Of a DNA stretch of 32,000 nucleotides, positions 23,906 to 32,000 are shown in pieces (the first letter of the stretch is position 1; each line of letters starts with the position of its first letter). This DNA is from Cupriavidus necator (GTDB lineage: Bacteria > Pseudomonadota > Gammaproteobacteria > Burkholderiales > Burkholderiaceae). A program made the position numbers and the translations under genes. The notes under the pieces were generated by a model that was not told the origin of the DNA, did not search any database, and saw nothing but the letters and a program-made list of their open reading frames with translations. The stretch covers positions 1,380,001 to 1,412,000 of the forward strand of contig NZ_CP066019.1 in NCBI RefSeq assembly GCF_016127575.1, given 5' to 3'.

Positions 23906-24961
23906 TCAGGACAGCGCATGCGCCTTACGATTGCGGATGGCCTCATAGCGCATCGCGTAATGCCATCCCAGGTCGGCTGTCGGTCTGGCCTTTCGGCCAG
24001 TCTCGACGGCATCCGCAGCGGCAGCGTTGCCTTGCCGTGCCCTCTCTGCAATACCAAACATAATGGCGGCCAACCTGAACAGGTTGTAGGCAATGTAGAA
24101 GTCCCAGTGCTCGAGACCCGCACTGCCGTTGGCTTCGGCATACCACTGCAAATATGTCTGTTCGCTCGGGATACCGAGGCCTGCGAAGTCGAGATCAGCG
24201 ATACCGCGCCACAGCGATGAAGGGATGTGCCAGCTCAGGCAATGATAGGCAAAATCGACGAGCGGATCTCCCAGCGCGGACAACTCCCAGTCCAGCACCC
24301 CGATTACCCTGGACTCGCTCGGGTGAAAGACCAGATTGTCAAGGCGGAAGTCGCCATGGACGAGTCGCGTCTCCTCGACCGCGGGGATGTTCCTTGGGAG
24401 CCAGCTCATCAGCGCTTGCATGGCGGAACTTTCGAGCGCGCCAGTGGCGCGGCTCTGGCGCGTCCATCCGGCAATCTGACGCGCCAGGTAGTTACCGACA
24501 GGACTGTAGTCGGCAAGCCTTACGGCCTGGACATCGATGCGGTGCAGCGCTGCCATCACGCGATTCATCTCCGCGTAGATGGCACTCCGCTCGGCGCTTT
24601 GCATACCCGGCAGCGATTGGTCCACCATTACCCTGCCATCGAGGTACTCCATCAGGTAGAACGGGCTGCCAACCACGGACAGGTCTTCGCTGTACAAGTA
24701 CACGGCGGGGACGGGCACATTACTGCCCTGGAGCGCGCTCATGACGCGAAACTCGCGGTCGATGGCGTGCGCCTTGGGCTGGATGTGCCCGGCAGGCTTC
24801 ATCCGCAGCACGTAGCGGTGTGCACCGGAGGAGACCAGGAAAGTCGGATTGGACTGGCCACCGGTAAGCCGGGTGGCAGTAAGCGATGCCTGGTTGATCA
24901 GCCCGCGCGCGTGGAGCAGCCGGGCCAGCGCGTCCCAATTGCGGTAAGTCGTATCGTTCAT
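23906..24961 (-). CDS. APH-family phosphotransferase (ACAD10/11 kinase-domain type), lvaA-like by context, 351 aa
   Basis: The motifs GGQSNPTFLV, the catalytic loop LVHGDFRLDNLVF and GVLDWELSALGDPLVDF are present. ATG at 24961. Confidence 0.88.
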   Translation of the reverse strand: MNDTTYRNWDALARLLHARGLINQASLTATRLTGGQSNPTFLVSSGAHRYVLRMKPAGHIQPKAHAIDREFRVMSALQGSNVPVPAVYLYSEDLSVVGSPFYLMEYLDGRVMVDQSLPGMQSAERSAIYAEMNRVMAALHRIDVQAVRLADYSPVGNYLARQIAGWTRQSRATGALESSAMQALMSWLPRNIPAVEETRLVHGDFRLDNLVFHPSESRVIGVLDWELSALGDPLVDFAYHCLSWHIPSSLWRGIADLDFAGLGIPSEQTYLQWYAEANGSAGLEHWDFYIAYNLFRLAAIMFGIAERARQGNAAAADAVETGRKARPTADLGWHYAMRYEAIRNRKAHALS

Positions 24962-25001
24962 TGGACTGTCCTTTGGCTGGTGTGGGAAATCGCGTGACGC
25001 A

Positions 25002-25790
25002 TCAGAGCGAGCTGACCAGATGCCCGCCGTCGACGGGCAATACGGCGCCGGTGATGTAATCGGATGCCCCCGATGCCAGCAGCAGCAAGGCGCCATCAAG
25101 CTGGGAGGGCTGTCCCAGGCGCCGTTGAGGAATCCGCCGGACCATCGCTTGCCCGCTGGCCGTGTCGAAGAAGGCGCGATTAATCTCCGTAGCAAAGTAC
25201 CCCGGCGCTAGTGCGTTGACGCGGATGCCATGGCGCGCCCATTCCAGTGCCAGCGATTGCGTCAGGTGGATCAAACCGGCCTTTGCGGCCGTGTATGCGG
25301 GAACCTGCTGCGCCACCCGCAGACCCAGAATGGAAGCGATATTGATGATGCTGCCCTGCCGGCCAGCTTCGCGCATCTGCTGCGCGGCGTACTGCGCCAC
25401 ACGCCAGGCGCCGGTGAGGTTGGTATCGATGACCCGCGCCCAATCCTGCTCGCTGGTCTCTAGCGCGGGCCCGGTGGTTGCAATGCCAGCACTGTTGACG
25501 ACGATGTCCACAGTTCCCCGCGCCTGCTCGGCCTGGAAGAATGCGCCGGATACGGAATCGGGGTCACACACATCCAACTGCACAACACATCCGTCTGCGC
25601 CCATCGCCCGGATCTCTGCCAGCAAGCGCTCCCCTTCGGCGAGTCGGCGGCCGGCAAGCACTACGCGGCATCCAGCGTTTGCCAGGGTCAGCGCGAAGTG
25701 GCGGCCAAGCCCGCCGAATGCGCCGGTCACAAGTGCCACTTTGCCCTCCAGATCGGGAAAGACAGGTTGTGGACGAGGTGGGGAAGCCAT
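25002..25790 (-). CDS. SDR family oxidoreductase, lvaD-like by context, 262 aa
   Basis: The cofactor motif TGAFGGLG and the catalytic motif YTAAKAG are present. ATG at 25790 with SD AAGGAG. Confidence 0.9.
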   Translation of the reverse strand: MASPPRPQPVFPDLEGKVALVTGAFGGLGRHFALTLANAGCRVVLAGRRLAEGERLLAEIRAMGADGCVVQLDVCDPDSVSGAFFQAEQARGTVDIVVNSAGIATTGPALETSEQDWARVIDTNLTGAWRVAQYAAQQMREAGRQGSIINIASILGLRVAQQVPAYTAAKAGLIHLTQSLALEWARHGIRVNALAPGYFATEINRAFFDTASGQAMVRRIPQRRLGQPSQLDGALLLLASGASDYITGAVLPVDGGHLVSSL

Positions 25791-26046
25791 ATTTGCAGTC
25801 TCCTTCGACGCGGTTGTCGGAGCGCAGGTTAAGCCATCACGTCTGGGAAGCCAGCCACCCGAACGGGGAGGCACCTCACAATGCCCCCGGGGGCAACCCT
25901 CAGGATGCCCGGTGCCTCCCCTATTGGGGGGCTGGAAAGCCGTGCCACGGCGCTTACGCTGGCAGGCATCCGGCGTCCCTGGCGCTGCATGCAAGTCATG
26001 GCGCATGCTGCCCAGGCCGCTGCCACAGCGATCAAGGAGCTCCTCC

Positions 26047-27735
26047 GTGACACGGCCTACCCCAATCCACCGCACGCCGTCGGCGTATGCCTATCCGCTG
26101 CTGATCAAGCAGCTCCTGCACGCGCCGCTGGCGGTCAATCCGGAACAGGAAATCGTCTACCGCGGTCAGGTGCGGCACAGCTACTGGACCATGCGGCACC
26201 GAATCGGCCAACTGGCCAGCGGCCTGCAATCGCTCGGCATTGCACAGGGCGATACGGTGGCAGTCATGGACTGGGACAGCCACCGCTACCTCGAAAGCTA
26301 CTTCGGCATCCCCATGATGGGGGCGGTGCTGATGACGGTAAATGTGCGCCTGTCGCCGGAACAGATCGCCTACACACTGAACCACGCTGGCGTTAGGCTT
26401 CTGATGGTCCACGCCGACTTCCTGCCGGTCGTAGCGGCAATCCGCGACCAGCTGGAATCCGTCGAGTGCCTGGTGCTGATCGGCGACGACACGCTCTCTC
26501 TCGAGAGCGCGCCGTTGGCCGAAGGCTTTGTCGCCGAGTACGAAACGCTGTTGGCCGCTTCGCCACCAGACTATCCCTTTCCCGACTTCGACGAGAACGC
26601 ACGGGCAACTACCTTCTATACGACCGGCACCACCGGTTTGCCCAAGGGGGTGTATTTCAGCCATCGGCAGATTGTTCTCCATACGCTGGCGACCATGGCG
26701 GCACTGACCAGCGCGCCAACTCAGGGACGCGTGCATCGGGACGATGTCTACATGCCGCTGACGCCGATGTTCCATGTGCATGCGTGGGGAATGCCCTTCG
26801 TGGCAACGGCGCTTGGTATGAAACAGGTCTATCCGGGGCGCTATGCTGCGGACCAACTCCTTCAGCTGGTGCAGAGCGAGCGCATCACCTTCTCCCACGG
26901 AGTGCCTACGCTGCTCAACATGATCCTGTCGCACCCGGATTCGGCCGCGGTCGATCTGAGCGGCATGAAGATTATCGTGGGCGGGTCGGCGCTGCCCCGC
27001 GGCCTGGCGCAGGCCGCCATCGACCGCGGCATCGACGTGTTCACCGGCTACGGCATGTCGGAGACCTGCCCCATCCTCACACTGGCGCAGGTGAAGACCT
27101 CGCTGCTTGGCAATGCCACCACCGAACTCGACGTCCGCACCAAGACAGGCTTGCCGGTTCCGCTGGTCGACCTGCGCATCGTCGATGACGAGATGCGCGA
27201 CATTGCGCACGATGGCAAGGCCAGCGGCGAAATCGTGGTCCGCGCGCCATGGCTCACGCAAGGCTATTTCGGCAATGCGGCGGAGTCCGAGCACCTGTGG
27301 GCCGGTGGCTACCTCCATACCAACGACATTGGCTCGATCGACAGCGATGGCTATTTGCAGGTCACCGACCGCATCAAGGATGTGATCAAGAGCGGTGGCG
27401 AGTGGGTGTCGTCACTGGAGCTCGAAGACCTGATTTCGCGTCACGCCGCGGTGAGCGAAGTGGCGGTTATCGGCATCAAGGATGCGCGGTGGGGCGAACG
27501 CCCGCTGCCGTTGATCGTATTGCGGCCGGGACAGTCGGCCGGAGCAGAAGAGATCCAGGAGCATCTGCGCGATTTCGTCCGCCGTGGCGCGATCTCGAAG
27601 TATGCGGTACCGGAACGGGTGCTCTTTGTCGAGGCGATCGAAAAGACCAGCGTGGGCAAGATCAACAAGCGCCTGCTCCGCGACAAGTACCAGGCCGCCC
27701 CGCCCCCCTCCCCCAATTCCGGCACCCACCCATGA
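26047..27735 (+). CDS. AMP-forming acyl-CoA synthetase, lvaE-like by context, 562 aa
   Basis: GTG at 26047 lies 7 nt after AAGGAG. The AMP-binding motif YTTGTTGLPKGV and GYGMSE are present. The tracked ORF start at 25162 runs antisense through the SDR gene. Confidence 0.88.
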   Translation: MTRPTPIHRTPSAYAYPLLIKQLLHAPLAVNPEQEIVYRGQVRHSYWTMRHRIGQLASGLQSLGIAQGDTVAVMDWDSHRYLESYFGIPMMGAVLMTVNVRLSPEQIAYTLNHAGVRLLMVHADFLPVVAAIRDQLESVECLVLIGDDTLSLESAPLAEGFVAEYETLLAASPPDYPFPDFDENARATTFYTTGTTGLPKGVYFSHRQIVLHTLATMAALTSAPTQGRVHRDDVYMPLTPMFHVHAWGMPFVATALGMKQVYPGRYAADQLLQLVQSERITFSHGVPTLLNMILSHPDSAAVDLSGMKIIVGGSALPRGLAQAAIDRGIDVFTGYGMSETCPILTLAQVKTSLLGNATTELDVRTKTGLPVPLVDLRIVDDEMRDIAHDGKASGEIVVRAPWLTQGYFGNAAESEHLWAGGYLHTNDIGSIDSDGYLQVTDRIKDVIKSGGEWVSSLELEDLISRHAAVSEVAVIGIKDARWGERPLPLIVLRPGQSAGAEEIQEHLRDFVRRGAISKYAVPERVLFVEAIEKTSVGKINKRLLRDKYQAAPPPSPNSGTHP

Positions 27736-27801
27736 GCCGGTAGCCAATGCCGGCGTGGCAAGTGCGTTCTCACTAGAAAACCCGCTTCAGGAGACAAAGC
27801 A

Positions 27802-28116
27802 ATGCAAGCTTTCACCACAACAGAGCGCATCAGGCGCCATCCCAGGTTCGGCGAACTGGTCCGCCGACGCGCTCGCCTCTCGCGGGCCTTGCTGGCCCTG
27901 GTCCTCGCCCCCTTTCTCGCGCTGATGCTCGCGGTTGCAATGCAGCCCCAGCGCCTGGCCGAGCGGCTTCATCCGGAAACATTGTTCAACCTTGGCATCG
28001 TCCTTGCCATTGGAATCATGCTGCTGGGGTGGGGGGCGACGTGGTTCTACGTGCGCCGGGCCAACGGCGAGCTGGAAGCGATGGTGCAGCAGATCCTGTC
28101 GGAGGCCGGACAATGA
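27802..28116 (+). CDS. DUF485 (YjcH-like) inner-membrane protein, 104 aa
   Basis: It has two TM segments and an ATGA overlap with the downstream symporter. This is the typical partner arrangement of ActP. Confidence 0.85.
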   Translation: MQAFTTTERIRRHPRFGELVRRRARLSRALLALVLAPFLALMLAVAMQPQRLAERLHPETLFNLGIVLAIGIMLLGWGATWFYVRRANGELEAMVQQILSEAGQ

Positions 28117-29684
28117 ATCTCCAGGCCATTTCCATGTTCCTGCTCTTCGTCGCGCTGACGCTGGGCATCACGTACCGGGCCTCCTCGCGCACCCGGACCG
28201 CCAATGACTTCTTTACCGCAGGCGGCGGCATCACCGGCATGCAGAACGGCCTGGCCGTGGCGGGCGACTACATGTCGGCGGCCACGCTGCTCGGCGTGGT
28301 CAGCCTGGTCTATGCGCGCGGCTTTGACGGCCTGCTGTATATCGTCGGGTTCTTCATCGGCTGGCCGGTCATGCTGTTCCTGATGGCCGAACGACTGCGT
28401 AATCTCGGCAAATTCACCTTCGTCGACATTATTTCGGACCGGCTCGATCCCGTCAGCACGCGCTGCATTGCAGCGGCCAGTAGCTTGGTGGTGGTGCTGC
28501 TCTACCTGATCGTGCAAATGGTCGGCGCCGGCGAGTTGGTGCAGTTGTTGTTCGGCATCGACTATGTCTATGCCGTCATCGGGGTCGGCGTGCTGATGAT
28601 GATCTATGTGACTGTTGGCGGCATGATCGCGACGACATGGGTGCAGATCGTCAAGGCAGTGCTGCTGCTGTTCGGCGGCTCGTTGCTGATGCTCCTGGCG
28701 CTGGGGCATTTCGGCTTCAGCCTTGAAGCGCTGGCTGCCAGGGCAATCGCGGTGCACCGCAGCGGCCCCGCCCTGCTCGCGCCGGGCACGCTGTTCGCCG
28801 ATCCGGTCTCGGCGCTCTCGCTGTGTGTGGCCACCGTGCTCGGGCTGTCGGGACTCCCGCATATCCTGATGCGCTTCTTTACGGTGCCGAATGCGTGCGA
28901 AGCACGCAAGAGCGTGCTGGTAGCCAGCACCTGCATCGGTTACATGTTCCTCGCCATGTTTGCCATCGGACTTGCGGCCATCGTGATCGTCGGTACCGAT
29001 CCACGCTATTTTGAAGGCGGCCATGTCGGCGGAAAGCTGCTCGGCGGTGGCAACATGGTCGCGATGCACCTGGCCAGCGCGACCGGCGGCAACCTGTTCC
29101 TCGGGTTCCTGGCGGCCGTCGCCTTTGCCACGATTCTCGCCGTGGTGTCGGGCCTGACGCTGGCCGGTGCTTCGGCGATCTCGCACGACATCTACGCCGG
29201 TGTCCTACGGCGCGGCACTACCACCGAGGCAGCCGAGATCGCCGTCACCAAAAAAGCCACGCTGGCCATCGGCATCGTTGCGGTGCTGCTGGGGATTGCC
29301 TTCAAAGGGCAGAACCTGGCGTTCCTGGTCGCGCTGGCTTTCAATGTAGCGGCCTCGGCGAATTTCCCGGTGTTGGTGCTGTCGATGTACTGGCGCGGCC
29401 TGACCAGCCGCGGCGCGGTCTGGGGCGTGGCGTCGGGCCTGGCGTCGTCGGTCGCGCTGGTGGTACTTTCCCCTGCCGTCTGGAAGAACGTGCTGGGGCA
29501 CCCCTCAGCCATCTTTCCGTACGACCACCCGGCGCTGTTCACAGTCCCGCTCGCGTTCCTGGTCACATACCTGTGCTCGCGCTTCGACCGGAGCGCCAGG
29601 GCCGAGGCAGAGCGCCAGGCCTTCGACGCGCAACTGGTCCGCGCACAGACCGGCCATGGGGCGGCGGCACCATCCAGCCACTGA
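28113..29684 (+). CDS. actP: cation/acetate symporter ActP family (SSS), 523 aa
   Basis: Start is MNLQAISMFLLFVALTLGITYRAS...DFFTAGGGITG. The protein is polytopic and has the typical ActP length. Confidence 0.9.
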   Translation: MNLQAISMFLLFVALTLGITYRASSRTRTANDFFTAGGGITGMQNGLAVAGDYMSAATLLGVVSLVYARGFDGLLYIVGFFIGWPVMLFLMAERLRNLGKFTFVDIISDRLDPVSTRCIAAASSLVVVLLYLIVQMVGAGELVQLLFGIDYVYAVIGVGVLMMIYVTVGGMIATTWVQIVKAVLLLFGGSLLMLLALGHFGFSLEALAARAIAVHRSGPALLAPGTLFADPVSALSLCVATVLGLSGLPHILMRFFTVPNACEARKSVLVASTCIGYMFLAMFAIGLAAIVIVGTDPRYFEGGHVGGKLLGGGNMVAMHLASATGGNLFLGFLAAVAFATILAVVSGLTLAGASAISHDIYAGVLRRGTTTEAAEIAVTKKATLAIGIVAVLLGIAFKGQNLAFLVALAFNVAASANFPVLVLSMYWRGLTSRGAVWGVASGLASSVALVVLSPAVWKNVLGHPSAIFPYDHPALFTVPLAFLVTYLCSRFDRSARAEAERQAFDAQLVRAQTGHGAAAPSSH

Positions 29685-29752
29685 CCCCTGGCGCATGACC
29701 CGGCGCGGGTAGCGCGCCACACAGACGTGCAACCCGCTGCGGTAGCTCCGTG

Positions 29753-30172
29753 CTAGGTCGCTGCAGGCGTCAGCGCGGCATAGAACGCCGCGTTGTCCCA
29801 GTAAGCGCGCATGAATTCGATCCTGCCATCCGTGTCCATACGAACGATAAAGACGTGCGGCAGCGAGAAGGACTGGCCTCGGCTTGCGATCCCTAGCACG
29901 TCCCGAGCCTGCGTGCCCGTGATGGTGACCTCGGCAATTGCGGTGCGCTGGTCATCGTCACCATAGACCGCAGTGACCTGGTTGCTCAAATCCGGGAAAC
30001 CATCCATCAGGGCGCGCCAGATTGTCCTGCCGGCATCGCCGGCCGGCCCCTCGAGCCTCATGGGGACATAATCGATACGCGCATCTTGCGAAAACATGGC
30101 GAGCATGCCGTTTATGTCATGCTCACGGTAGCGCGCGAAGAACGCCTTGACGATCTCGATTTGGCTCATCAC
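29753..30172 (-). CDS. SnoaL-like / NTF2-fold protein, 139 aa
   Basis: The start IVKAFFARYREHDINGMLAMFSQDARIDY is typical of this family. The size also fits. Confidence 0.75.
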   Translation of the reverse strand: MMSQIEIVKAFFARYREHDINGMLAMFSQDARIDYVPMRLEGPAGDAGRTIWRALMDGFPDLSNQVTAVYGDDDQRTAIAEVTITGTQARDVLGIASRGQSFSLPHVFIVRMDTDGRIEFMRAYWDNAAFYAALTPAAT

Positions 30173-30342
30173 AGATCTCCCTGGAAATGGATCATGGGGC
30201 AGGCCGGCATGGCGCCCGATAGGTCCGCCACGCCCGTGCAGTCATCATCATCTCGCTTCGCCGAGCCCTGTCAATGCCCCTCCCCGAACGGGGGGCTGCG
30301 CCAACGCCGGCAGCCGGGAATGGCCTGGCTGTCTCCTTCCTC

Positions 30343-31215
30343 CTACCGAAGGCGTTCGAAGGCATGCGCGATCTCCTCGATCGCAGCGCGTATCCGCGCG
30401 GTGTGGCGCAAGTCCTTATGGGTCACCAGCCACACCTCATAGGGCACGTCGCGGCAACGCTCAGGCCAGAGCCTGACCAGGTCGTCGGCCTTGCCCATGT
30501 AGACAGGAATCTCGCCCACACCCAACCCCGCCTTGATGGCACTGCGCAACATCAGGCTGGAATTGACGGCCGCCACGATACGCCCGCCGGAAATGGGTTC
30601 GCCCACCAACATTGGCTCCCTCGACCCAAGCACATAAGGCTGGTACACCACCAGGTCATGGCCGGAAAAGGCCGTACCGGCCTGGGGCTCTCCATGCACG
30701 CGAAGGTAGCCTGGTGAGGCGAACAGCCCCATCGGCCATTGGGCCAGACGGCGTGCGATCAGGTCGGGGTTGTCCGGCCTGGCCGTGCGGATCGCGATAT
30801 CCGTTTCCCGTTTTGCCAGGTTCAGCATCCGGGTCGATGCATCAATCTGCCATACGACCTCAGGGTACTTTACGTGTAGCGCCTCAAGCGCTGGCATCAG
30901 AAAATCCATCGCCAGCGAATCGGTTGTGGTGATCCTCACTTCGCCCGCGAGCCGGTCGTCGAGTCCCTGCGTCAACCGCTGGAAGTCATTGGCAGACTGC
31001 TCCATGCGCTCCGCCGCATCGAGCACGCTCTCGCCCGCCATGGTCAGCACATAGCCGCTTGACGTGCGTAGGAACAGGGTTGCCCCAACCACGCTTTCCA
31101 ATGCCGTAAGGCGCCGCCCTACTGTGGCCTGGTCCACGCCAAGCGATCTCGCCGCGGCGCGCAGCGTGCCATCCCGATACAGCGCGAGAAAAACCCGGGC
31201 ATCGTCCCAGTTCAT
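30343..31215 (-). CDS. LysR family transcriptional regulator, 290 aa
   Basis: The N-terminal HTH is MNWDDARVFLALYRDGTLRAAARSLGVDQATVGRRLTALE. It is divergent from the oxidoreductase gene. Confidence 0.9.
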   Translation of the reverse strand: MNWDDARVFLALYRDGTLRAAARSLGVDQATVGRRLTALESVVGATLFLRTSSGYVLTMAGESVLDAAERMEQSANDFQRLTQGLDDRLAGEVRITTTDSLAMDFLMPALEALHVKYPEVVWQIDASTRMLNLAKRETDIAIRTARPDNPDLIARRLAQWPMGLFASPGYLRVHGEPQAGTAFSGHDLVVYQPYVLGSREPMLVGEPISGGRIVAAVNSSLMLRSAIKAGLGVGEIPVYMGKADDLVRLWPERCRDVPYEVWLVTHKDLRHTARIRAAIEEIAHAFERLR

Positions 31216-31377
31216 ATCCCCTCTCAACCGCACAAATAGTCCGATGCGATTCTGCATGTCAGCCATGAAACCCTGCATCACATCATTGAATCGCAGAAAC
31301 CTATACTGCCTCAACCGCGACAGCAATTCCCACGACGGAGATCTGCGCCGCGCTCCACGAGTTAATCAGGAAATTTC

Positions 31378-32000
31378 ATGCCTTCGCCTTCGCATAACAT
31401 CCCCGATACGATGACGGCCATCGAAATCAAGCATCCCGGCGGCCCGGAAGTGCTGGTGCCCACACGGCGGCCAGTGCCCGCGCCCGGCCCGGGCGAGCTG
31501 CTGATCCGCCACCATGCGGCAGGCGTCAATGGTCCCGACGTATTCCAGCGCAAGGGGCTGTACGATCCGCCTCCCGGCGCCTCCGACATCCCCGGACTCG
31601 AGGTCGCGGGCGAAGTCGCGGCCCTCGGCCAGGGCGTCACCGGATTCAGAGTCGGCGACCTCGTCTGCGCCCTGATTCCGGGGGGTGGATACGCCGAGTA
31701 CAGTGTCGCCAGCGAGCACAATACCTTGCACCTGCCCGATGGTCTGCGGTTGGTGGAAGCTGCCGCGATGCCAGAAACCTTTATGACCGTCTGGCTCAAT
31801 CTGTTCCAGCGGGGCAAGTTCACCAAGGGGGACACCATCCTGATCCATGGCGGCGCGTCTGGGATCGGCACCACAGCCACCATGCTCAGCAAGGCCTTTG
31901 GCGCGGCCAAGATCATCACCACCGTGGCCTCGGACGCGCAACGCGACGCCAGCCTCGCACTTGGCGCCGATTACGCGGTCAATTACCTGGAAGAGGATTT
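31378..32000 (+). CDS. NAD(P)H:quinone oxidoreductase / zinc-type ADH superfamily (3' end outside the window)
   Basis: Hand-translated as MPSPSHNIPDTMTAIEIKHPGGPEVLVPTRRPVPAPGPGELLIRHHAAGVNGPDVFQRKGLYDPPPGASDIPGLEVAGEV. It is open to the window edge. AGGA lies 7 nt upstream. An alternative ATG is at 31411. Confidence 0.85.
   Translation, partial: MPSPSHNIPDTMTAIEIKHPGGPEVLVPTRRPVPAPGPGELLIRHHAAGVNGPDVFQRKGLYDPPPGASDIPGLEVAGEVAALGQGVTGFRVGDLVCALIPGGGYAEYSVASEHNTLHLPDGLRLVEAAAMPETFMTVWLNLFQRGKFTKGDTILIHGGASGIGTTATMLSKAFGAAKIITTVASDAQRDASLALGADYAVNYLEED

Noticed and set aside
25791-26046. A sigma54 (-24/-12) promoter in the lva-like divergent region (for example TGGCGCTGCATGCA near 25980).
   Set aside because: The GG and GC elements are not at the canonical spacing, and no adjacent enhancer-binding-protein gene is present.

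Overview
This is a high-GC (about 65%) window that looks Burkholderiales-like (Cupriavidus/Ralstonia style; inferred from composition and gene content only). There are three blocks. (1) 1-8.8 kb is ordinary chromosome: an Lrp/AsnC tail, an AceE-type pyruvate dehydrogenase E1, a class C beta-lactamase, a DUF305 + YVTN beta-propeller pair, the chromate transporter ChrA, and an HTH/DUF2384-like gene. (2) About 9.14-20.18 kb is a compact ~11.0 kb prophage-like element with no tail genes and no integrase. One tightly packed minus-strand operon encodes a lambda-O-like initiator with internal iterons, a zinc-ribbon protein, an FtsK/HerA-type P-loop ATPase, a 274-aa protein resembling the PM2 (Corticoviridae) P2 double-jelly-roll capsid protein, many small membrane proteins, a putative vertex protein, a membrane-anchored lambda-R-type (GH104) transglycosylase and tiny lysis-like ORFs. 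A divergent CI-like repressor sits behind a textbook operator/promoter switch. The element is bracketed by two dif-like XerC/XerD sites that share the central hexamer TAAGTG. A DUF3653/XafT-like gene lies next to the left site. I read this as a corticovirus-like, membrane-containing tailless phage integrated as a Xer-exploiting element (IMEX), and it is my main candidate for the novel system. (3) 20.2-32 kb starts with a low-GC islet (Rv2179c-like 3'-5' exonuclease plus an acidic hypothetical). It continues with a divergent gene cluster matching the P. putida lva (levulinate/4-hydroxyvalerate) operon parts: ACAD, APH-like kinase, SDR, acyl-CoA synthetase, DUF485 and ActP. It ends with SnoaL-like, LysR and a partial quinone oxidoreductase. 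I saw no rRNA, tRNA, CRISPR array or transposase. All homology statements are from motif recognition and memory, not searches.
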